In this document: piece after piece, positions 55,888-64,000 of the stretch | How positions within the stretch are numbered: position 1 is the first letter of the stretch | Layout of the letters: each line of letters starts with the position of its first letter | Assembly (NCBI GenBank): GCA_963762995.1 | Contig: CAVXMQ010000018.1 | Coordinates: 418,481 to 482,480 of the forward strand | DNA length: 64,000 nucleotides | DNA from: an uncultured Acidobacteriota bacterium | GTDB lineage: Bacteria; Acidobacteriota; Vicinamibacteria; Vicinamibacterales; 2-12-FULL-66-21 | Reading direction: 5' to 3' | Made by a program: the position numbers and the translations under genes | The notes under the pieces: model-generated | Database searches by the model: none | What the model was told of the DNA's origin: nothing | What the model saw: only the letters and a program-made list of their open reading frames with translations

Positions 55888-58199
55888 AGCGCCGCATCCA
55901 GCGCGGCGACCAGCACGTCCGCGTCGTCATCGTTGAACGGCATCGGCGGCCGGATCTTCAGCACGTTGTGCCACGGGCCGTCGGTACCGAGCAGCACACC
56001 CTGCTCGCGCAGGCGCTCCGCGACCCCCGACGCTTCGTCCGTGGCGGGCTCGAGCGTCACTCGATCGCGCACGAGTTCGACGCCGAGAAAGAGCCCGCTG
56101 CCGCGCACATCGCCGACGATCTCGTGGCTGAGTGCAAGGGCCTGCAACCCACCGAGCAGCCGCGCCCCTGTGCGAGCCGCGTGCGCCTGTAACTGCTCCT
56201 CCTCGAGTACCGCGAGCACCTCGAGACCCACGGCGCACGACACGGTACTGCCGCCGAACGTGCTGAAGAACTCCATGCCATTCGCGAAGCTGTCCGCAAT
56301 CTCACGCGTCGTCACGACAGCGCCGAGCGGATAACCGTTGCCAATCGGCTTGCCGAGCACAACGATGTCGGGAACGACGTCCTGTGCCTCGAACGCGTAA
56401 AAGTGCGCGCCCATCCGGCCGTACGCCGTTTGCACTTCGTCGGCAATGCAGACGCCCCCAGCCGCGCGGACGTGCCGATAGACCGCATCGAGGTATCCGG
56501 CGGGCGGCACGATCTGACCGCCGACGCTGGGGCAGGTCTCGCTGATGAAGGCCGCGATCCGGCGACCTCGACTCGTGGCGTCGTCAATGAGGTTGCCCAC
56601 GGCTTGCGCATATAGCCGGCCGGCGTTCGCGTCGCTTCGTTTGTGCGGTCCACGGTAGTCATCAGGAATGGGGGCCACATGCACCCAGTCGGGCGTCCCC
56701 TGCCCACCCGGCCCGTTGAACTTGTAGGGACTGATGTCGATGAGCGTGTTCGTGTTGCCGTGATACGCAGCGTCGAGGACGACGACGTCACGCGCACCGG
56801 TGTGGGCGCGCGCCAGGCGGAGGGCGAGCTCGTTGGCCTCACTGCCGGAGTTGACGAAATAGCAGACCGAAAGCGGATCCGGCAGCGTGCCGGCCAAACG
56901 CTCGGCGAATTGCCAGACGAGGTCGTGCAGGTATCGGGTGTTCGTGCTCACCGCGCGCATCTGCTCGGTCGCGGCTCTCGTGATGCGCGGATGCGCGTGC
57001 CCGACGTGCGGGACGTTGTTGTAGGCGTCCAGGAAACGGCGGCCGGACTCGTCGAAGAGGTATTGCATCCAGCCCCGGACCACTTTCACGGGATCGCGAT
57101 AACCGATGCTGACGTTCTTCCCGAGCCGTTCCAGGCGGCGCGCCCTGGTCACCGCCTTCGGCGCTTCCTTCACGGGATGCCGACTCGGCACGCCGCAGGC
57201 GGCACGGAGCGCGTCCTCGGCGACATCGGGAGGAATCGAGGCCAGCCGGGGCAAGGTGCGCCGCAGCGGACCCTGGCTGATCGCCAGATACTCGTCGCCT
57301 GGGCGCTGCTGCTGTTGATGCGCCGCCAGGCTCGCACTCACACAGAGCCGGAGCTGCACGAGGTCGAACAGCACCGACAGTTCGTCGTCTGTCAGCGGAT
57401 ATGCGGCGTGGTAGCCGCGAACGAGCGCTGCTGCGAGGTCGAGCGGCGCCTCTTGATCGAGTACCGCGTACGCGATCGCGACCGCGGGCTCGGCGACGGT
57501 GTAGGTGTGGAGCAGATCGCCGAAGTCGATCAGACCTGTCACGCGTGCTCCACCGGCGGGCGATTGGTCGATCAGGACGTTGTAGTCGTTGGCGTCGCCG
57601 TGAATGATGGACCGCCGCAGCCGCGGGGCGGCCGCGCCGATTCGCTCGTTGACGTAGCCGGTCACCCGCCACACCAGGTCGCGCAGCGCCTCGTCGTCGA
57701 TCAACGAGCCGAACGTACGAACGGTCCCAGCACCCGTGGCCAAGTCCCAGTGAAATTCGCGGTGGGCGGCAGGATGGTCGAACGTCGCAAGGCCCTGGCT
57801 GATCTGCCCGAGCCGGAACCCGAGGTCCTCGAGGAGCGCGCGGGGCCGAGTCTCGAGGCGTCCGAGCGGCTCCCCTGGCATCCACCGCAAGAGTCGTACG
57901 AAGTGACCGCCCGGGGTCGTGGCGATCGGTTCCCCGTTTTTCGACGGCACGAGGGTGGGAGTCAGGCCCACCGCGGCCAGGTGCGCCATCGCGGCGTTCT
58001 GCGCATCGAGCATCGCGCGCTCTTCGAGGCCGTTGGCGATCTTGAGCACGTACTGCGTGCCGTCGCGGGCGATCAGTTGGAAGTTCTGGTCGCGCTCGCT
58101 GGGCAGCGGCGCCGCCTCGGCCTCGATGCCGTAGAGAGTGTTCGCCAACGCGACGGCGTCGGCGCGATCGAACCGCGGCGCGTGCTGGAGCAGCGACAT
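55863..58199 (-). CDS. Fusion of an APH-type small-molecule kinase domain and a class III (PLP) aminotransferase-fold domain
   Basis: From ATG 58199. Kinase blocks LPSERDQNFQL, IIHGDANDYNVLI, DFGD. Aminotransferase-fold blocks VNSGSEANELALRLAR, ADEVQTAYGRMG. Codons upstream of 58199 overlap the gluconokinase gene and look non-coding. Confidence 0.85.
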   Translation of the reverse strand: MSLLQHAPRFDRADAVALANTLYGIEAEAAPLPSERDQNFQLIARDGTQYVLKIANGLEERAMLDAQNAAMAHLAAVGLTPTLVPSKNGEPIATTPGGHFVRLLRWMPGEPLGRLETRPRALLEDLGFRLGQISQGLATFDHPAAHREFHWDLATGAGTVRTFGSLIDDEALRDLVWRVTGYVNERIGAAAPRLRRSIIHGDANDYNVLIDQSPAGGARVTGLIDFGDLLHTYTVAEPAVAIAYAVLDQEAPLDLAAALVRGYHAAYPLTDDELSVLFDLVQLRLCVSASLAAHQQQQRPGDEYLAISQGPLRRTLPRLASIPPDVAEDALRAACGVPSRHPVKEAPKAVTRARRLERLGKNVSIGYRDPVKVVRGWMQYLFDESGRRFLDAYNNVPHVGHAHPRITRAATEQMRAVSTNTRYLHDLVWQFAERLAGTLPDPLSVCYFVNSGSEANELALRLARAHTGARDVVVLDAAYHGNTNTLIDISPYKFNGPGGQGTPDWVHVAPIPDDYRGPHKRSDANAGRLYAQAVGNLIDDATSRGRRIAAFISETCPSVGGQIVPPAGYLDAVYRHVRAAGGVCIADEVQTAYGRMGAHFYAFEAQDVVPDIVVLGKPIGNGYPLGAVVTTREIADSFANGMEFFSTFGGSTVSCAVGLEVLAVLEEEQLQAHAARTGARLLGGLQALALSHEIVGDVRGSGLFLGVELVRDRVTLEPATDEASGVAERLREQGVLLGTDGPWHNVLKIRPPMPFNDDDADVLVAALDAALYGVMSGR

Positions 58200-58230
58200 C
58201 CGCGGAATTGTGTACCATTCCGGCGGTCCC

Positions 58231-58743
58231 TTGCCTGAGCCCACCGAACACCGTGCCTGCGTTGTCGTAATCACCGGCGTTGCCGGCAGTGGCAAGTCCA
58301 CCGTCGGACGCGCGCTCGCCGAACGGCTGTCGTGGCGTTTCCACGATGCCGACGACCTGCATTCCCCCGAGAACGTCGAACGCATGCGGCGAGGGTTGCC
58401 GCTCACCGACGCGATGCGGGCGCCGTGGCTGGCGCGCGTACGTGGGGTGATCGAGGATGCCGTTCACGACCGCGCCGGCGCCGTCATCGCCTGCTCGGCG
58501 CTCAAAGCACGCTACCGGACCTTCTTATCCGACGGCATCCCCAATGTGCGCTTCGTGTTCCTGAACGCGAGTCGCGAGCTGTTACTCCAGCGCCTGTCCA
58601 AGCGGCGCGATCACTTTGCCGGTCCGAAGCTGCTCGACAGCCAGATCGACGCACTCGAACCACCGGCCGATGCCTTGACGCTCGATGCATCGAGACCGGT
58701 GGCCGAGCTCGTCGACGCGATTCGGCTTGGACTTCCTGCTTGA
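58231..58743 (+). CDS. Gluconokinase-like P-loop kinase
   Basis: P-loop ITGVAGSGKSTVGRALA, FHDADDLH, CSALK blocks. The start could be GTG 58210 or TTG 58231. Confidence 0.7.
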   Translation: MPEPTEHRACVVVITGVAGSGKSTVGRALAERLSWRFHDADDLHSPENVERMRRGLPLTDAMRAPWLARVRGVIEDAVHDRAGAVIACSALKARYRTFLSDGIPNVRFVFLNASRELLLQRLSKRRDHFAGPKLLDSQIDALEPPADALTLDASRPVAELVDAIRLGLPA

Positions 58744-58808
58744 GCTGCCTCGAGCCTCCGGTCCGATAACTGCAGCCCGCACGGAACTTGCAGTTTGTGG
58801 AGGCGCGA

Positions 58809-61016
58809 ATGTCGCTGAGCCATATCCGACCAGATCAGCTGTATGCGTGGCGAGGACCGTCACTGCTGATCGTCAACACCCACGGCGCCTGCGGGACCGA
58901 CCAACCGATCTCCGGCTACTACTACAAGGAGGCGCGTTTCCTCCGCACGTGCCGGCTCGAGCTGGACGGCGAGGCGCCCTGGTTGTGCGAGGCCGCGGCC
59001 GTTGCCCCGGACAGGCTCGACTTCACCTATACGTATCCGGAGGTCGCCAAGTACGGCGGCGGCGGCACGGGCCAGTCTGGCGATGACGAACCGCGCAATG
59101 CGCGCGGGCTGCCCCAGCGTGCGCTGAACATCTGGGTCGTGTGGAAGGTCGGGATCGCGACGCTCGAGATCGTCGCCACGATCGACAACTGCTCGCGCGA
59201 GAGCGTCGAGGTCGAGTTCGCCTGGATCCTCGACACGGATTTCGCCGACATCCAGGAAGCTCAGAGTGGCGAGCGGCGGCAAGAGGCGCCGATCCACCGC
59301 GAGCGTGGGGATGCGGCGCTGCGATTTCAATACGATCACGAATGCCTGCCGTTGGCGACCTCGGTGACCGCACGTTCGTCGGACACGTGGACGACCGGCG
59401 ACGATCGCTTGTCTACACGGATCCGGCTTGCAGCCGGAGCGCGGGTCGAGTGTCGCTTGCGTGTTGTCCCCTCGACACCGGAGGCCCTCTCGGATCGCGA
59501 CGCGCAGACGCGCGAGCAGGTGGTGGACCAGTGGCGCAGCCGCTTCGCCCGTGTCAGCGCGCCCGGCAACCGCCTGTTCGAGGACGCCCTCGCCAGGAAC
59601 ATCCGCGACATCGCGTCCTTCCCGCTAATGGACGGTTCGGTGGACGAGTGGTTGACCTTGCAGGCCGGCGTACCGCTCTACCCGGCGCTCTTCGGACGGG
59701 ACGCCATGACCGCGGGCTGGCAGGCCGGATACATCGATCGCGGGGCGGCGCTCGAAGCCGCCCTGACGCGCCTCGGTCGCTTGCAGACCGATCGCACCGA
59801 CGACTGGCGTGACGAGGAACCCGGGCGCATTCCTTACCAGGTGCGCAGCGGTCCTCTCGCGCGGCTGAACATCAACCCGTACGCCCGCTATTACGCCGAC
59901 TTTGCCAGCCCCCTGATGTTCGTCATTTCGCTCGCCAACCTGTTCGCCTGGACCGGCGACCGTCACGGTCTCGATCGACATTGGGACACGGCGCGCCGGA
60001 TTCTCGACTGGGCGCGTACACGTGGCGATGCCGACGGCGACGGCTATCTCGAGTACCACACGCGGTCGAGCGACGGAACGAAGAACCAGGGATGGAAAGA
60101 CAGCGGCGACGCGATCGTCTACGACGACGGCTCACCGGTGCCGCCACCGATCGCGACCTGCGAACTGCAAGGCTACTGGTACGCGGCGCAGCAACTGATG
60201 GGCGCCTTGTCGTGGATGAGGGGGGACGGCGACGATGCGAAAGCGCACTTCGCCGCCGCGGCCGACCTGAAGCGCCGGTTCAACGCCGACTGGTGGATCG
60301 AGGATCTCGCCTGCCCGGCGCTCGCCCTCGATGCCGGGAAACACCCGGTCGCAGCGGCGACGTCGAATGCGGGGCATTGCCTGGCGACCGGAATCATCGA
60401 CCGTCAGCACGTGCCGGCGCTCGTCGGACGGCTGTTCGCGCCAGACATGTTCAGCGGATGGGGCATCCGCACGCTTTCGTCGACGCATCGCTATTACAAC
60501 CCTCTGAGTTATCACCGCGGCACCGTCTGGCCGGTGGAACAAGGGACGATCGTCTTCGGGCTGCGGCGCTACGGGTGCGACGCGCGCGCGCAGGATCTCG
60601 CTGCTGCGGTGTTCGACCTTTCCTGCCTGTACCCGGAGTACCGGACGCCCGAATGTGTGGGCGGCTACGCGCGCGGGGAACGCCCGTCGCCGGCCGCCTA
60701 CCCGCAAGCCAACGCGCCGCAGTTGTGGAACGCGACCGCCCTGCCCCTGATCGTGCAGAGCCTGCTCGGCCTCATCCCGCTGGCGCCTTTTGAGACGCTC
60801 GTCGTGGACCCCGCGCTGCCCGACTGGCTCCCGGACCTGACGCTCCACAACCTTCGCATCGGATCCGCCGCGGCGACCATCCGGTTCTGGCGCGCCAAGG
60901 ATGGCACCTGCGATTTCGAGGTAGTCAGCCGGCAGGGCACGCTACGGATTCTCCGGCAGCCGCCGCCCGAGTCGCTCGACGCCACGTGGTGGGACCGCTT
61001 TGCCGCCCTCGTGTAA
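58809..61016 (+). CDS. Glycogen-debranching-enzyme-like (amylo-alpha-1,6-glucosidase family) protein
   Basis: From ATG 58809 (GGAGG upstream). About 735 aa with GDE-type blocks GRDAMTAGW, GYLEY, QGWKDSGDA, ELQGYWY, YHRGTVWP. Confidence 0.75.
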   Translation: MSLSHIRPDQLYAWRGPSLLIVNTHGACGTDQPISGYYYKEARFLRTCRLELDGEAPWLCEAAAVAPDRLDFTYTYPEVAKYGGGGTGQSGDDEPRNARGLPQRALNIWVVWKVGIATLEIVATIDNCSRESVEVEFAWILDTDFADIQEAQSGERRQEAPIHRERGDAALRFQYDHECLPLATSVTARSSDTWTTGDDRLSTRIRLAAGARVECRLRVVPSTPEALSDRDAQTREQVVDQWRSRFARVSAPGNRLFEDALARNIRDIASFPLMDGSVDEWLTLQAGVPLYPALFGRDAMTAGWQAGYIDRGAALEAALTRLGRLQTDRTDDWRDEEPGRIPYQVRSGPLARLNINPYARYYADFASPLMFVISLANLFAWTGDRHGLDRHWDTARRILDWARTRGDADGDGYLEYHTRSSDGTKNQGWKDSGDAIVYDDGSPVPPPIATCELQGYWYAAQQLMGALSWMRGDGDDAKAHFAAAADLKRRFNADWWIEDLACPALALDAGKHPVAAATSNAGHCLATGIIDRQHVPALVGRLFAPDMFSGWGIRTLSSTHRYYNPLSYHRGTVWPVEQGTIVFGLRRYGCDARAQDLAAAVFDLSCLYPEYRTPECVGGYARGERPSPAAYPQANAPQLWNATALPLIVQSLLGLIPLAPFETLVVDPALPDWLPDLTLHNLRIGSAAATIRFWRAKDGTCDFEVVSRQGTLRILRQPPPESLDATWWDRFAALV

Positions 61017-61027
61017 GGAGAACGCTC

Positions 61028-62038
61028 ATGAAGATCCAGCTCAAACCGCTCGCGGAACAAGTGCTCGTGATCACCGGCGCCTCGAGCGGCATCGGCCTCG
61101 TCACCGCCACACACGCCGCCCGCGCCGGCGCCCGCGTCGTGCTGTCGGCACGCAACGAAACCGACTTGAATCGCGCCGTTCATGAAATCCGCCGCAACGG
61201 CGGACGCGCGATCGCGGTGGTCGCCGACGTGGCGAATGCCGCGGACGTCGATCGCCTCGCCGACCACGCCGTCCGCGAGTTCGGGCGAATCGACACCTGG
61301 GTCAACAACGCCGCGGTCTCGATGTACGGACGCGTCGTGGACCTTCCCATCGACGACATGCGCCGGCAGATGGACGTGAACTATTGGGGACAGGTCTACG
61401 GCTCGCTCGCCGCCGTCCGTCACATGCGAACTCACGGGGGGGCGCTGATCAATATCGGCAGCGCGCTGTGCGACCGCGCCATCCCGCTCCAGGCCAATTA
61501 CTGCGCGGCGAAACATGCGCTGAAGGGATTTACCGATGCGTTGCGCATGGAGCTCGAGGAAGCCGGCGTGCCGATTGCCGTCACGCTGGTCAAACCCGCG
61601 AGCATCGACACACCGTTTTTCGAGAAGGCGAAGACCTACCTCGACGTGGAACCGCAGCCCGTGCCGCCGGTGTACGCGCCCGAAGTGGTCACCGATGTGA
61701 TCCTCACCGCGGCGCAGAAGCCGACCCGCGAGGTCATTGCCGGTGGATCGGGTGCCAAGCTGAGTGCCGCGCGGTTCGCACCCCGCCTTGCGGATCTGTA
61801 CATGGAGCGCTGGACGTTCGACGGACAGAGTTCAGGGAAGCCGTTCAACGGCCGCCCCGACAACCTGTACGCCCCGGTGACTCACGACGGTGGTGAACGC
61901 GGCCGCAACTGGGAAGGACACACGCGCCGATCGAGCGTCTACACGCAGGCGATGCTGCATCCGCGCGCGGCGTCCGCAGTGATCGGCGCGCTCGGCGTCG
62001 GGTTGGCGCTCGCGTCGCGACGGCGTGTGGATCGCTGA
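61028..62038 (+). CDS. Short-chain dehydrogenase/reductase with C-terminal membrane anchor
   Basis: ATG 61028 (AAGGAG upstream). TGASSGIG, NNAA, YCAAK. C-terminal hydrophobic AVIGALGVGLALA. Confidence 0.85.
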   Translation: MKIQLKPLAEQVLVITGASSGIGLVTATHAARAGARVVLSARNETDLNRAVHEIRRNGGRAIAVVADVANAADVDRLADHAVREFGRIDTWVNNAAVSMYGRVVDLPIDDMRRQMDVNYWGQVYGSLAAVRHMRTHGGALINIGSALCDRAIPLQANYCAAKHALKGFTDALRMELEEAGVPIAVTLVKPASIDTPFFEKAKTYLDVEPQPVPPVYAPEVVTDVILTAAQKPTREVIAGGSGAKLSAARFAPRLADLYMERWTFDGQSSGKPFNGRPDNLYAPVTHDGGERGRNWEGHTRRSSVYTQAMLHPRAASAVIGALGVGLALASRRRVDR

Positions 62039-62043
62039 CGTAC

Positions 62044-63219
62044 CTACGGCGACAGGTGTCCCTCCTCCGCCGCCGCCCACGGGGGCAGCACGCGGATCAG
62101 AATGGCGAGAATCACGAGGGGAAGGATCATCACGAGGATGGCGGGCAGCAGGCCTTCACGGGTCGCGAATCCCATCTTGTACGTGGTGTATCCAAGAAAC
62201 GTCTTCGAGAAGAGCTGACCGCCGATGACGACGTTCCAGCGCATGGCGAGGATGCCTATCAGCGTCAGAATTCCGGACACGGTATAGATCTGGAGCCTCG
62301 TGCGCTCCGAGAGCCGCTTCACCTGCACGATCGCCAGCGCGCCGATCGGCACGACGGTGCCGAGGACGATCTGGATAACGATCTGCGATACGAACAGCCG
62401 CGTCTTCACCATGAAGTCCAGGCTGTGGAACGACTCGTCGGCCTCGTACATCCGGTGGATCAGGTCCAGCATCTCGAGCGAGAAGTCGATCAGAAAGGCG
62501 TAGAAGAGATACCGCGCGATCGTATCGACGCAGTCCATGTCGATCTTTTCGCCGCGCCACGTGGTGATCGCCATGTAGAGCACCAGGACGGCCGCGATAC
62601 CCGACACGATCGCGGAAAACAGGAAGACGATCGGCATCATGGGCGTCGACCACCAGGGGTTGGCTTTGATCGACCCGAAGATGAACCCAACGTAGCCGTG
62701 CAGCAGGAATGCCGACGGAATGCCGATGATGGTCACCAGGCGGCCCACGGTGTCGTCAACCTTCAGCGAGGCGGGACTGATGTTGTCGGAGCCAAGAGTC
62801 AGCGCGGTATACAGCATGCGCTTCAGGCCCGTGCTGCGGCGGCGGATCAGCACCAGGTCCTTCCGATACTCGAGCCAGATCTCGACCACCAGCACGACCA
62901 TCAGGTACCAGAGATAGACGTAGCCGAACATCGCCATCGCGGAGGTCGGCGACGGGGTGAACAACATCTCGAACGACCGTTCCGGGTGGCCGAGGTGCAG
63001 TTGCAGCGGCAGCGGTGCGACGAGCATGAAGGCCAGCGCCGTCAACAGCGCCAGGCGGTAGGTGGGCTTCACGGCCTGGACGTTGAAGACCCGCTCGAGC
63101 GAGGCGAGGATGAACGCGCCGGCGACCAGGCCCGTGATGAACGGATACAGAACGATCAGCACGCTCCACTGGAGCTCGATTTCGTTCGGATACATGAAGC
63201 CGTCCACGCCTGGGTGCAT
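62044..63219 (-). CDS. NrfD/PsrC-family polysulfide-reductase-like membrane subunit
   Basis: 391-aa ORF with about 10 TM segments, directly downstream of the 4Fe-4S subunit gene. Confidence 0.75.
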   Translation of the reverse strand: MHPGVDGFMYPNEIELQWSVLIVLYPFITGLVAGAFILASLERVFNVQAVKPTYRLALLTALAFMLVAPLPLQLHLGHPERSFEMLFTPSPTSAMAMFGYVYLWYLMVVLVVEIWLEYRKDLVLIRRRSTGLKRMLYTALTLGSDNISPASLKVDDTVGRLVTIIGIPSAFLLHGYVGFIFGSIKANPWWSTPMMPIVFLFSAIVSGIAAVLVLYMAITTWRGEKIDMDCVDTIARYLFYAFLIDFSLEMLDLIHRMYEADESFHSLDFMVKTRLFVSQIVIQIVLGTVVPIGALAIVQVKRLSERTRLQIYTVSGILTLIGILAMRWNVVIGGQLFSKTFLGYTTYKMGFATREGLLPAILVMILPLVILAILIRVLPPWAAAEEGHLSP

Positions 63220-63228
63220 GTCTTCTCC

Positions 63229-63990
63229 CTACCGCACGGAGCCGTCGAGGCCGTTGTAAAAGAGCTTCGCGCCGGTCGCCATCTGCGGCTTGAGCACGTG
63301 GATCGCGTTCGTGCGCAGGAATTCGTGAATCGGGTCCTTCGGGTCTTTCAGGTCGGCGAGCTGGCGCGCACCCGTTGGGCACACCTCGACGCACGCCGGG
63401 AGCAGCCCCTTGGTGATGCGGTGGTAACAGAGCGTGCACTTGTCGGCCGTGTGGGTTCGCGGGTCGATATAGCGGCAGCCATACGGACACGCCTGCACGC
63501 AGTACCGGCAGCCGACGCAATAGTCCTTGTCCACCAGCACGACGCCGTCGGGGGTGTGGAACGTCGCGCCAACGGGGCAGACCTGCGTGCACGGCGAGTG
63601 CTCGCAGTGGTTGCACATCTTCGGCACGAAGAACGTCTTCCCCTTGCCCTCTTCGTACTTCTCGGGGAAGCCGTCGTAGCCGCCGTTCGGCGAGTCCACG
63701 ATCGGGTGATCGGCGTCTGACGACTCCACGTGATAGCGCTCGACCCAGGTCCGGAAGTAGAACGGCTCGTTGACGACGTCGTTTTCGTCTTTGCAGGCCT
63801 TCACGCAGTTCCCGCCGCCGATGCACTTCTCGATGTCGATGGTCATCGCCCACCAGTGACTGGCCGCCTTATAGGTCTCGACCTTCTCGGGCTCGCCGGC
63901 CAGGACGGACGCCAGCGCGCTCCTCGTGGCAGCGGTCATCACCAGCAGCCTGGTGCCGACGGCGATGAACTCGCGGCGGGATTGGTCCAT
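63229..63990 (-). CDS. Tat-exported 4Fe-4S ferredoxin-type subunit (NrfC/PsrB/HybA-like)
   Basis: 253-aa ORF. Twin-arginine SRREFI. Cys clusters CIGGGNCVKAC, CNHCEHSPCTQVCP, CVGCRYCVQACP, CTLC...CVEVCP. Confidence 0.85.
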   Translation of the reverse strand: MDQSRREFIAVGTRLLVMTAATRSALASVLAGEPEKVETYKAASHWWAMTIDIEKCIGGGNCVKACKDENDVVNEPFYFRTWVERYHVESSDADHPIVDSPNGGYDGFPEKYEEGKGKTFFVPKMCNHCEHSPCTQVCPVGATFHTPDGVVLVDKDYCVGCRYCVQACPYGCRYIDPRTHTADKCTLCYHRITKGLLPACVEVCPTGARQLADLKDPKDPIHEFLRTNAIHVLKPQMATGAKLFYNGLDGSVR

Positions 63991-64000
63991 GGCGTGCTCA

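Overview
GC-rich, gene-dense bacterial chromosomal window. The gene repertoire (a PD40/TolB-propeller Ser/Thr kinase, a kinase-AAA-TPR protein, a tricorn-like protease, DUF885, HEAT and beta-helix secreted proteins) is reminiscent of Acidobacteriota, but that is inference only. I can support about 60 protein genes and one tRNA-Thr(CGT). I found no rRNA, no CRISPR and no recognisable transposase or integrase. Core content: scpA-trpS-M50 protease operon, uvrC, uvrA, tdk, efp, Hsp20, HtrA, Mpg, an ABC exporter, a VTT-PLD-EEP membrane module, HIT, a CheB/CheR-PAS-HK-REC giant sensor, rhomboid, M55 peptidase, a kinase-aminotransferase fusion, a glycogen-debranching-like enzyme, SDR, and an NrfD/4Fe-4S pair. 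Three things are not ordinary. (1) A 5.7 kb integrase-less islet lies next to tRNA-Thr. It is bounded by 155/154-bp direct repeats (3' half of the tRNA plus its flank) and carries an ArsR-rhodanese / MFS / rhodanese-MBL / methyltransferase / cupin set. (2) A pervasive family of heptanucleotide-word repeats is arranged as inverted arrays (long hairpins). They sit at gene ends, bracket two small genes like terminal inverted repeats, and twice lie inside coding sequence (uvrC and a membrane-anchored protein). A separate REP/BIME-like palindrome, GCCGGGTCTNNAGACCCGGC, is also present. (3) About 20 single-base reading-frame breaks occur in conserved genes (uvrA twice), strongly clustered in the islet. 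All family names come from motif recognition by eye; no database search was possible. Coordinates from my own reading of the sequence (repeats, alternative starts, frame-break positions) may be off by 1-2 nt or more where marked approximate.
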